Of a DNA stretch of 64,000 nucleotides, positions 49,878-61,452 are shown piece after piece. A program made the translations under genes and the position numbers. This stretch comes from Chiloscyllium plagiosum (lineage: Eukaryota). Every line of letters begins with the position of its first letter. Positions within the stretch are counted from its first letter, which is position 1. The stretch covers positions 26,509,537-26,573,536 of the forward strand of contig NC_057719.1 in the NCBI RefSeq assembly GCF_004010195.1. Reading direction: 5' to 3'. The notes below the pieces were generated by a model. That model was not told the origin of the DNA. It searched no databases and was given only the letters and a program-made list of their open reading frames with translations.

Positions 49878-52391
49878 GCCAGTTTTGAGACTATTTGTAG
49901 CTCAGGTTGAGGTTTATGATGTAGGTTTGCTCGCTGAGCTGGAAGATTCATTTCCAGACATTTTGTCACCACACTAGGTAACATCTTCAGTGGGCCTCTG
50001 GGTGAAGCACTACTGATAATTCCTGCTTTCTATTTATGTTTGGGTTTCTTTGGGGTGGTGATGTCATTCCTGTTCTTTTTCTCAGGGGTGGTAGAATGGG
50101 CCGAACTCGATGTGTTTGTTGATAGTTCTGGTTGGAATGCCACGCTTCGAGGAATTCTCGTGCATGTCTCTGTTTGGCTTGTCCTAGCCTAGGATGGATG
50201 TGTTATCCCAGTCAAAGTGGTGTCCTTCCTTATCTGTATATAAGGATACTAGTGAGAGAGGGTCATGTTTGTCCAGTGTAGTGTTTGTTACAGTTCTTGC
50301 ATGGTATTTTGTAAATGACATTAGTTTTGCTTGTTGTCTGTGTAGGATCTTTCAAGTTTATTAGATGCTGTTTTAGTGCGTTGGTGGGTTTGTGGGTTAC
50401 CATGATGCCAAGGGGTCTGAGTAGTCTGGCAGTCATTTCCGAGATGCCTTTAATATAGGGGAGAGTGGCTAGGGTTTCTGGACGTGTTTTGTCTGCTTGT
50501 TTGGGTTTGCCGCTGAGAAATCAACGGACTGTGTTCACTGGATATCCATTCTTTTTGGATACACAATCAAGGTGATTTTCCTTTGCTTAGTTCCTCTGTG
50601 CTGCAGTGTGTGTTGGCTCATTGAAATAATGTTCTGGTGCAGCTTTGTTTGTGGACGTTGGGATGATTGTCTGTGTAGTTCAATATTTGGTCCGTATGTG
50701 GTGTTTTCCTGTAGATGCTGGTTTGAAGTTCCCCATTGGCTGTTTGCACTACTGAGACATCTAGGAATGGCAGTTTGTTGTTGTTTTTCCTCCTCTTTAA
50801 TGAATTTTATGCCAGTAAAGGTATTACTGATAGTCTTGAAGGTTTCCTCTTTGTTTCGTTTCGTGATGACAAAGGTGTCATCCATGTAGCGGACCCAAAA
50901 TTTGGGTTGGATGGTTGGTAGAGCTGTTTTTTCTAGTCTTGCATTACTGCCTCTAAGAACCCTGATATCGGAGATCCCATGTGTGTTCTTTTGGTTTGTC
51001 TGTAGGTTTTGTTGTTGAAGGTGAAGTGTGTGGTATACATAGGTCCACTAGCTTGACGATACTGTCCTTGTTGATGAAGTTGGTGTTTGGTGTATGTGTC
51101 TTTGGTTCTTCTAATAATGAAGTCAGTGTTTCCTTGGCCAGGTTGATGTCGATTGATGTAAACAGGGCTGTTACATCAAAGGAGACCATTATTTCATCCT
51201 CTTCAAACTTGGTGTCTTTGGTCTTCAGGAATTCTTGGGTGGAATGGATGGAGTGGCGTGAGTCTTCTAAAGTGTTTTAGTCTTTGGTGTAGCTCCTTGC
51301 CCAATCTGTAAGTTGGTGTTCCAGGTAGCAAGCCTATGGGTCTGAGGAGGGCTCCTGGTTTGTGAATTTTGGGTAATCCATAGAAGTGTAGTGTGTTGGA
51401 TCCATCTGGTTTCATTTTATGGAAGTCGGTCTTATTTATGTCTCCAGATTTCTGAAGTTTTTTGTGGAGGGCTGTTATTTGGTTCTTTAGTTTCCTGCAG
51501 ACCCATGGAACACCAACTTACAAGTTGGCCAAGGAGTTTCATCAAAGACTAAAACACTTAGTAGAAGACTCACACCACTCCACCCAAGAATTCCTGAAGA
51601 CCATCAAAGACACTAAGGTAGAACAGAACAGGATGAAATAATGTTCTCCTTTGAAACAGCCCTGTTTACATCAATCAACATTAACCTAGCCATGGAAACA
51701 CTGACTACACTATTAGAAGACCCAAAGACACGTACACGAAACACCTTTAACTTCATCAGCAAGGACAGTATTGTCAAGCTAGTGGACCTATGCCTTACCT
51801 CACACTTCACCTTCTACCTATAGACAAACCATTGGAACACCCATGGGATCTCCAATATCAGGGTTCTTAGCAAAAGCAGTAATGCAGAGACTCGAACGAA
51901 CAGCCCTGCCAGGGTACAGACAACAAGCAAAGCTAATGTTACAGTTCTTGCACGGTATTTTGTAAGTGACAAGTACTACATTGGATAAACAGGCAGAAAA
52001 CTAGCCACCAGGATACATGAACATCAACTAGCCACAAAACAACAAGACCCTCTCAGTAGTATCCTTACATACAGATAAGGAAGGACGCCACTTCGACTGG
52101 GACAACACATCCATCCTAGGACAAGCCAAACCAAGACATGCACGAGAATTTCCAGAAGCGTGGCATTCCAACCGGAACGCACTCAACAAACATTTGAGTT
52201 AGACTCCATTTACCACCCCCGAGAAAAAACAGGAAATGACATTATCAACCCAACGAAACCCAAACATATAAATAGAAAGCAGGAATCATCAGCAGTGCTT
52301 CGCCCGGAGGCCCACTGAAGATGTTACTTAGTAGGGTGATGAAACATCTGGAAGTGAACCTTCCAGGCTCACACAGCAAACGTACTTCCAA
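49878..52391. mobile_element. 2.5-kb Penelope-like retroelement with inverted structure (minus 49878-~51495, plus ~51496-52391) and a 12-bp TSD
   Basis: FYGLPKIHKP, MVSFDVTALFTSI, MGSPIS, WVRYMDDTFVI (RT) and GIY-YIG remnants. TSD actctggtaata at 49866-49877 and 52392-52403. Hammerhead motifs at 49954-49993 (-) and 52312-52351 (+). Confidence 0.9.
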
Positions 52392-52415
52392 ACTCTGGTA
52401 ATATTAATTAGAACA

Positions 52416-53089
52416 AAGTTAAAAATCACACAACACCTCCGAAAGCTAGTCTGCTTCCAATTAAACCTGTTGGACTATAACCTGGTGTTTTGTGATTTTT
52501 AACTTTGTACACCCCAGTCCAACACCGTGTGGTGTAAAATTATGTCCCAATACATGTGTGAATCATAATGTAACACATGTATTGGGCCAAGCAGTGGAAT
52601 GTGGTGAAACGGTTAAAAAATTATGTCCCAATACATGTGTGAATCTAACCGGAATGGAGGTGTTGCTTAGTCCCGTGTGAATCTTATTACACACCTCCCC
52701 GTGTGAATCTTCTTATCTGTATGTAACCAGAATGGAATGTGTTTTTTAGCCTTGCTCTGCTGTTCACATGAATGTTTATATCTGGAAAAGAGTATATCAG
52801 CTGGAAAAGTCTCCAGTTCGGTGAGTCTGCTCCGGGGTTATGTTTAACCGCCGAGCGTGGGTTGTTGGCAACCGCTCTACGAGAACTGACGGCTCCCAGT
52901 TCCGGTAACATGTAGAGTGAGTATAAGCCAGACCCGTTGTAAGGATGAGACCTGGTTGTGGCGACGCTGCGGGGAATAAAACACTTATATTCTAGCAGAC
53001 TCGCCTCTTGGCTGTTTGTTCTGTGTCAGACTACTCTCCTACGAACCTGACCTTGAGAATTTTTTAAAACACACCGGCATCTCCGAATC
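52416..53089. mobile_element. Family B fold-back element with a 12-bp TSD, interrupted by a solo LTR
   Basis: TSD ttaattagaaca at 52404-52415 and 53090-53101. Arms caaagttaaaaatcacacaacacc / ggtgttttgtgatttttaactttg. Confidence 0.8.
52528..53071 (+). mobile_element. Solo LTR (544 bp) with a 5-bp TSD
   Basis: TG...CA termini, TSD caccg (52523-52527 / 53072-53076), TATA-like gtataa near 52921, AATAAA near 52975, and internal direct repeats. Confidence 0.85.
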
Positions 53090-53199
53090 TTAATTAGAAC
53101 AGTTTTTCTTCAAATCCATTCTGGAGTCAATTGTCTACATTTGATATGCAAACAAATCTGTCAAAAATGTTCTCAGAATTGAATTTCTTATAAAAATAA

Positions 53200-53740
53200 C
53201 AGAAGATGATTAATGATGACAGTTAACACCCAAGCTTTGTTAAATGTTAAACCAGATTGCCTTGAGAACTGAACAATTTCCGAATCAATGCTCTGACCAG
53301 TGAATGGTTATAATCCACTTTATGTTGAATTTCAACTTATTAAAATACATAACTGGTTCAGAATCTAACTACGTTTTAAAATTAAACACGGCCTGGTTGT
53401 TAACTGTCAATCAGCATTAATGGGTGCATTCTTTGTCAGTGCCTCTATCAACCTTCCCTCTTAAGTGGTGTGCACGCACAGCCGCTCTGATGTTGGTGTT
53501 GGCATGCTGATGGCAGTACTGACTTGCAGTTTTCGATGTTGCTGCCCTGCACCGTGCAGCCAATAAGAAAATTAGAGGGAACACTGAACTCTGCCAATCA
53601 GAGTCCAATTGCCAACCAGTCAGCACCCTCTTTTTATGCAGTATAAGTGTGATTTACCCTTTGGATTTGTATTCTTGTGAAATATTCTGAGTGCAACTTG
53701 TAAAGCTTTGATAAAACATCTTTTTTTTAGCAACACTATT
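53200..53740. repeat. Second family D fold-back copy, containing a hAT-like MITE at 53449-53586
   Basis: gatgacagttaac / gttaactgtca arms and ccaatcagagtcca..gccaacca are shared with 18500-18744. The insert ends ttagagggaacactg. Confidence 0.6.
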
Positions 53741-53814
53741 TTGTACCCCCAGATGACCATTTGTAATAATATTACTTAAATGCAAATGATCTCGCTGTCT
53801 ATGAGAAAAAGCAA

Positions 53815-54120
53815 TTAGAGTCATGGTCAGACAGCACGGAAACAGACTGTTCGGTCCAATGTGTCAGTGCTGACCAGGCATCCCAATCTGACCTCATCTC
53901 CATTTGCCAGCATTTGGTCCATATTTCTCCAAACCCTTCCTATTCAAATACTCATCCAGATGCCTTTTAAATGTTGTAATTGTACCCGTCTTGACCAGTT
54001 CCTCTGGCTTGTTCCATGCATGCACCACTCTCTACGTGAAAATGTTACCCCTGAGGTCCACTTCAAATCTTCCCCTCTCGCCTTAATCCTATGCCCTCTC
54101 GTTTTGGAGAAAAACACCTA
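53815..54120 (-). mobile_element. CR1 3' fragment
   Basis: Reverse complement of the CR1 3' end. Confidence 0.75.
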
Positions 54121-54354
54121 GGCTTAATATGGAATATGAACAACATCTAATTTGTGTAGATATTAGTGTTGAACATCTTCCAAACCCATTTTAATTAACA
54201 ATAAATATTTTAATCAGTTGAGTTTTGCAATTCATATTTTGACACTGGATGATTTGTATCTTTTATTGCTACTTTAGTATAAGATGAGCTTTTGTTTTCT
54301 CAGAGCTGGTTTTTCATAAGTTACATAAACTGGTTGATTTATAACCTTCCTTTT

Positions 54355-54575
54355 GTTAGGGATAGTCAGTTAGATCAGTTGACTAGATGTTTGCAATGCA
54401 GACATGCCAACAGCACAGTCAATTCCCACACTAACTAAGGTTACCATGACTATCCTGCCTTCTCAATCTTGCTTCGCCTTAACCTGAGTGGTGATGCTCA
54501 GGTTAAACTCACCACCACTTATCCTCTGAGAGACTAGTCATTTGGTCTGTTTGGACTATGGCGACTTTACTTACA
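54355..54575 (+). mobile_element. tRNA-derived SINE, family C (unclassified)
   Basis: Decayed tRNA-like head and ggactatggcgactttactt tail. Confidence 0.45.
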
Positions 54576-54769
54576 AAGAAGAATTAAAAGTAGAATATTA
54601 AAAGTAGAGAGCAAATATTGATTATTAATAGATTCCAAGGCAGTTAGCAACATTGTAATCAAGGTGTAGATCTTTTGCTTAAGGGGAGTGTTTATTGACC
54701 ACCACAGTTCCCTCAATATCTTTACAGATTTAATTAGAAAAATAGGTTAATGTGTCCAATTAGTCAGTT

Positions 54770-57160
54770 AGTGTGTACAAGAAAATTTTCTGATTCAGTA
54801 TGTGGATGCATCTACTAGAGAAGGTGCAAAGCTTGACCTACTCTTGGGAAATAAGGCAGGGCAGGAACACTTTGGGGCTAGCGACCATAATTCTATTAGC
54901 TTTAAAATAGTGATGGAGAAGAGTAGACCAGATCTAAAAGTTGAAGTTCTAAATTGGAGAAAGGCCAATTTTCACAGTATTCGGCAGGAACTTTCGAAAG
55001 CTGCTTGGGGGCAGATGTTCGCAGGTGAAGGGATGGCTAGAAAATGTGAAGCCTTCAGAAATGAGATAACGGGAATCCAGAGAAATTATATTCCTGTTAG
55101 GGTGAAAGCAAAGACTGGTAGGTATAGAGAATGCTGGATGACGAAAGAAATTGAGGTTTTGATTAAGCAAAAGAAGGAAGCATATGTCAGGTATAGATAG
55201 GATAAATCAAGTGAATTCTTAGAGTATAAAGGCAGTAGTATATTTAAGAGGGAAATCAGGAGGGCAAAAAGGGAACATGAGATAGCTTTCGCAAATAGAG
55301 GTAAGGAGAATCCAAAGCGTTTTTACAAATATATTAAGGACAAAAGGGTATCTAGGCAGAGAATAGAGTCCCTCAAAGATCAGTAAGGCTACCTTTTGTG
55401 TGGAGCCGCAGGAGATGGGGCAGATACTAAATGAGTATTTTGCATCGGTGTTTACTGTGAAAAAGGACATGCAAGATATAGAATGTAGGGAAATGGATGG
55501 TGGCATCTTGAAAAACTGTCCATATTACGGAGGAGGAAGTGCTGGATGTCTTTAAACTCATAAAGGTGGATAAATCCTCAGGAACTGATCAGGTGCTCCC
55601 TAGAACTCTGTGGGAGGCAAGGGAAGTGATTGCTGGGCCTCTTACTGAGATATTTGTATCATCGATAGTCACAGGTGAGGTGCCAGAAGACGAGGTTGGC
55701 TAACGTGGTGCCACCCTTTAAGAAAGGTGGTAAGGACAAGCCAGGGAACTATAGACTGGTGAGCCTGATGTCGGTGGTAGACAAGTTGTTGGAGGGAATC
55801 CTGAGGGACAGGATGTACATGTATTTGGAAAGGCATGGGCTGATTAGGGATAGTCAACATGGCTTTGTGCATGGGAAATCATGTCTCACAAACCTGATTG
55901 AGCTTTTATGAGGAAGTGTCTCACAAACCTGATTGAGCTTTTATGAGGAAGTAATATAGAGGATTGATGCGGGCAGAGCAGTGGACATGATCTATATGGA
56001 CTTCAGTAAGGCGTTCGACAAGGTTCCCCATGGGAGACTGGTTAACAAGATTAGATCTCACAGAGTACAGGGAGAACTAGCCATTTGTATACAGAACTGG
56101 CTCAAAGGTAGAAGACTAGGGTGGTGGTGGAAGGTTGTTTTTCAGATTGGAGACTTGTGACCAGTGGAGTGCCACAAGGATCGGTGTTGGGTCCACTTCT
56201 TTTCATCATTTGTACAAAATGATTTGCATGTGAGCATAAGAGGTACAGTTAGTAAGTTTGCAATGACATCAAAATTGGAGGTAAAGTGGACAGCGAAAAG
56301 GGTTACCTCCGATTACGAGATCTTGATCAGATGGGCCAATGGGCTGAGGCGTGGCAGATGGAATTTAATTCCAGATAAATGTGAGGTGCTGCAATTTGGG
56401 AAAGCAAATCTTAGCAGGACATACACTTAATGGTAAGGTTCTCGGGAGTGTTGCTGAATAATGTTGAAATGCAGGTTCATACCTACTTGAAAGTGGAGCC
56501 GCAAGTAGCTAGAATAGTGAAGATGGCGTTTGGTATGTTTTCGTTTATTAGTCAGAGTATTGAGTACAGGATTTGGGAGGTCATGTTGCGGCTGTGCAGG
56601 ACATTGGTTAGGTCACTGTTGAATGGAGAATATCTGGTCTCCTTCCTATCGGCAAGACGTTGTGAAACTTGAAAGGGTTCAGAAAAGATTTACAAGGATG
56701 TTGCCAGGATTGGAGGATTTGAGCTATAGGGAGAAGCTGAACAGGCTGGAGCTGTTTTCCCTGGAGCGTCAGAGGCTGAGGGGTGACCGTTATAGAAGTT
56801 TACTAAATCATGAGGGGCATGAATGGGATAAATAGACAAAGTCTTTTCCCTGGGGTCGGCGAGTCCAGGACTAGAGGGCATAGGTTTAGGGTGAGAGGGG
56901 AAAGATATAAAAGAGACCTAAAGGGCAACGTTTACACGCAGGGGGTGGTACGTGTATGGAATGAGCTGCCTGAGGATGTGGTGGAGGCTGGTACAATTGC
57001 AACATTTAAGAGGCATTTGGATGGGTATATGAATAGGAAGGGTTTGGCGGGATATGGGCCGGGTGCTGGCAGGTGGGACTTGATTGGGTTGGGATATCTG
57101 GTCGGCATGGATGAGTTGGATTGAAGGGTCTGTTTCTGTGCTGTACATCTCTATGACTCT
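54770..57160 (+). mobile_element. 5'-truncated HER1/CR1 LINE ORF2, frameshifted
   Basis: TREGAKLDLLLGN, PGNYRLVSLMSVV, DFSKAFDKVPH, and a ctctatgactct tail. Confidence 0.9.
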
Positions 57161-57944
57161 GACCCGATCTGTTCAGAGATATTGTTGCACACCTCTGGAG
57201 CCGATGGCACTTGAACCCAGGCCATCTGGTCCTTGGGGATGAATGTAACCCCTCTGCCACAAGAAGGTCCCATCAATTCCCTCCATATCCCACAGTGTCA
57301 CACATTCACCTTATTTCAATGCTCGGGCGAGTAATAGTTACCGCCAGTTTCTCACTCTGAAAAAGACATTAAGTTTGTCAATGGGCTTAGCCAGACAGTA
57401 ACATTAAGAAATAATATATCTTGATACATGAGCATCTGGCCCTTTTTAAGGAAGTGGGACTAAAATAAATTAATTTCCATACATTGACTTTTTTTAATTA
57501 GATTTGAGTGAGAAACTAAATCAAGGTGTTTTGCCAAGTGAAGCATGGGAAGAAGATTTGTTGTCGTGACAAATTACAGCACAGGATAATATGACAGTTC
57601 ATAAGTTCTCTGAGTAGACACTTAAAAAGTAAATCAAAAGAAAAAATATTATTTAAGCTACTGATTTGATGCTTATTGGGGTGATGTGTACAACAAATTA
57701 TAAGGGATTTTAGATATCATTGTAGTTCAAAAGTAGCACAATCATCTCTGTCAGCAACCCATCAAAAGTTTTAAGTGCATAGTTGAGACTGACATTTGAG
57801 GGAAGGAGTACTGTACTGATGAAGCTACTGTCTTTCCAGTCCCCTCTGGACATTGGACTCCAGTGGTCCTAATCCAAGTAAAGCAAGGAGTTGTATATTC
57901 TATACCACTTATCACTGTTATCAATTATCCTTTTGAAACTGATG

Positions 57945-59655
57945 GTCATAGAGTCAGAGATATACAGCATGGAATCAGACCCTTCGGTCCAACTCGTCCA
58001 TACCAACCAGATATCCCAACCCAATCTAATCCCATCTGCCAGCACCCGGCCCATATCCCTCCAAACCCTTCCTATTCATATACTCATCTGGATGCTTTTT
58101 AAATGATGCAATTGTACTAACCTCCACCACTTCCTCTGGCAGTTCATTCCCACATACCCACCACCCTCTGTGTGTGAAAATGTTGCCCCTTAGGTTTCTT
58201 TTATATCTTTCCCCTCTCACCCGAAACCTATACCCTCTTTTCCTGGACCCCCCTCCCGGAAAACATCTTGTCTATTTACCCTATCCTAATTTTGTAAACA
58301 AGGTCACCACTCAGCTTCTGACACTCCAGGCAAAACAGACCCCAGCCTATTCAACCTCTCCCTATAGCTCAAATCCTCCAAACCTGGCAACATCCTTGTA
58401 AATCTTTTCTGAACCCTTTCAAGTTTCACAACATCTTTCCAATAGGAAGGAGACCAGAATTGCATGAAATATTCCAACAGTGGCCTAACCAATGTCCTGT
58501 ACAGCTGCAACATGACCTCCTAATTCCTGTAGTCAATACTCTTGAGAATGTATGTAGGGTATAAGCAGGTAGGGAAAGAGTTAAGTTTTTTGAGTTTTGT
58601 CAAACAGGAGGTTCAGCTGAGCATAACTCAGATCAGATAAGAACTTGAAGTTAACAATAGGGTGCTGGAGGCAAGGGTAATGGGTTAATAAGGTGGAAAA
58701 GCATTCATTATGTAGAGCCATTTATCAATATTGGAAGCATTCAGTATGTAAGGTCAGTTTAACAAGGTGAAAAGTATTCATTTTGTGAAGCCAGTTAAGG
58801 TTATGAACATTCATTGCTTAAGAGTAGCTGGCTTAATCTTTACTGTTGATGCTCTCTGATTGTAACAGTCACCCATTCAATACGTATGTCGCCTTATCTG
58901 GATGCTCCTCCCTGTAAAATGACTATATAATTAATTAAGAAATTGCTCTTCCAGAGAAGACTGAGAACTTGTGCCTTTGTGCACAGGCGATTGTTCTGTC
59001 TCCCTCCAGAGCCCAGAATAAAGGTGAAGGAGGTAAAACTATATTGTCTCTGAGCATTTTGCTTTGACTGAGGGGGAAATGGGACGACACTCTGACCAAT
59101 AAAAGAAAGCATACCACACACCGCCTTTGCTATCCTATCTACCTGCGACTCTACTTTCAAGGAGCTATGAACCTGCACTCCAAGGTCTTTGTTCAGCAAC
59201 ACTCTTTAGGACCTTACCATTAAGTGTATAAATCCTGTGAAGGTGTGCTTTCCCAAGATGCAGCACCTGACATTTATCTAAACTACATCTGTCACTTCTC
59301 AGACCATTGGCCCATTTGATCAAATCCCATTGTAATCCGAGGTAACCACCTTTGCTGTCCACTACACCTCCAAATTTGGTGTCATCTGCAAACTTACTAA
59401 CTATACCTCTTTTATGCTTACATCCAAATCATTTATATAAATGACGAATAGTCGTGGACCCAGCACCGATTCTTGTGGAACTCCACTGGTCATAAGCGTC
59501 CAGTCTGAAAAACAACCCTCCACCACCACCCGCTGTCTTTGCCCTTTGAGCCAGTTCTGTATCCAAGTGGCTAGTGTTCTCTGTATTCCGTGAGATCTAA
59601 CCATGTTAACCAGTCTCCCATGGGGAACCTTGTCGAATGCCTTACTGAAGTCCAT
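57945..59655 (-). mobile_element. 5'-truncated HER1/CR1 LINE, interrupted by a solo LTR
   Basis: MDFSKAFDKVPHGRL..GVPQESVLGP..IYINDL and a gtcatagagtca tail. Confidence 0.9.
58543..59089 (+). mobile_element. Solo LTR (547 bp) with a 4-bp TSD
   Basis: TG...CA termini, TSD ctct (58539-58542 / 59090-59093), ctatataa near 58923 and AATAAA near 59017. The CR1 sequence resumes cleanly on both sides. Confidence 0.85.
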
Positions 59656-59754
59656 CAATGGTCTTGTGACAACTTTTTTTTTTCAGACCTTTGTGTGCAA
59701 TTTGGATTATTGAATTTTCATAGATTACAACTATGTTTCAAAAATACTTCTAAT

Positions 59755-59878
59755 AAAAGCACAATACCACAGATTCTGGAAATCTGAAATAAGAACAAAC
59801 CCAGCATGAATAGCAGAATCTGTGGTGGAGAGAAAAAAAAGTTCATGTTTTGAGTCCAATATGATTTCTTCAGAAGGC
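59755..59878 (-). mobile_element. Family C-related PLE terminal fragment with a decayed hammerhead
   Basis: Minus strand reads tCTGAAGAaatcatattggactcAAAACatgaac, with ccacagattctg / cagaatctgtgg arms. Confidence 0.55.
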
Positions 59879-61134
59879 TTTCAAGTCTTTTCATACATTG
59901 AAAAGTATATAAGAAAAAAAATTCAAAGTTGAGGAAGTGTGGGGTGGCATTTATCTCCAGAATCTAGTTTTTTTTAAAAAAAAGCTAAAATTCTATTGTG
60001 CAAAAGAAGTCTGCGAGTCACTGAAATTTTCAAACAGAGATTTGGTAATGGCACTAATCACTTACGAAGGGAGTCTCAAAGGGCTGCACAGATGTGGAAT
60101 AAATAGGAGCTTCGTATAGAATTATATTTGCAAAAGCTAACAGAAGTGTGGAATTTGTGTAAGGACGACCTTCAAAAGCATTCTTTTTATAAATCTCAGA
60201 AATTGGTTCAAAAACAAAATCAACTTCGTTTTTCTTGAAAGAAAATGTGATACGTGATAAGTTAGAATTAAAGCAATTATGCATTGGGGTTCCTAAACCT
60301 GAGCTTTCATTCCACCCACATTCGTCCATTATGAAAGTATGTCTCACTTTGTAGCATTTACTTCTGATTGGACAGGATAAGAAAATGCCAAAAATTATCA
60401 TACCTTATATTGGTCATTTGACAGGAATAAAGTTTTGCCCGAAGGTCATTTTTTGCTCATAGATGCAGATTACTGAACAATGCCTACTTCTCTCATCTTA
60501 AGTAGGGACAAATATAGTTTATTTTCCTTAACATTGATTATGTAAGATGGTTTTTGTTAAAGTTCTCAGATCTTAGAAAATTGATACATCATGAATGATA
60601 TTTTGAATTAGCTATTGGTATTTATAACCAATACTCCAGGAAATGTTAAAAACAAACTAGTCACAGATTTGGAATAAGAGGCATTAAGTGTTGCAGCAGT
60701 TTGCGTTTGAAGAGCTTATCAAAGCTTTAAAGCCACCTTTAAAGTGATTTGGAATGGAATTCAAAATGAGCCTGAGGACCAATTCTGTTAATTAGATGTT
60801 TACTGATTCCTACTTAGCTGATTTGCCTGATGTAATGGATGGCATGACTGGCCAAATGGCATTTGACAACCAAGTTTTGAATAGCCTCAAGTTTGAATCT
60901 GAAGTGTTCATTTTTCATTTTTTGTATCTAAATTGCAGTAGAACAATTTTAATTTGCTTAAAAGTACACATTATTAATTTGGCATGGAGATTAAAAGAAA
61001 GATTATTACTTTAGTTGCATTTCAAATCCACACTTCTCTTTTGACTTTGAAAAAGTGTTATGATGAAAATAATCTAGTGATATGGCTGTTACCTTAGACT
61101 AAGGAACTAAAAGCTTGGCAACTGTTATTGTAAG

Positions 61135-61452
61135 AGGACGGCTCAGTGGTTCGCACTGCAGCCTCACAACACCAGGGACCTGGGTTCGATTCCAGCCTCA
61201 GGCGACTGTCTGTCTGTGTGGAGTTTGCACATTCCCCCCGTGTCTGCGTGGGTTTCCTCCGGGTGTTCCGGTTTCCTCCCACAGTCCAAAGATGTACAGG
61301 CTAGGTGAATTGGCTGTGCTAAATTGCCCATAGTGTTAGGTGCGTTAGTCAGAGGGAAATAGGTCTGGGGAGGTTGCTCTTCGGAGGGTCGGTGTGGATT
61401 TGTTGGGCCAAAAGGCCTGTTTCCACACTGTGGGGAATCTAATCTAATCTAA
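61135..61452 (+). mobile_element. HE1-like SINE
   Basis: Full head, core and (ctaat)n tail. Confidence 0.9.

Noticed and set aside
52536..52715. Spaced direct repeats resembling a CRISPR array
   Set aside because: There are only two copies of each repeat, they lie inside a eukaryotic LTR, and there are no cas genes.
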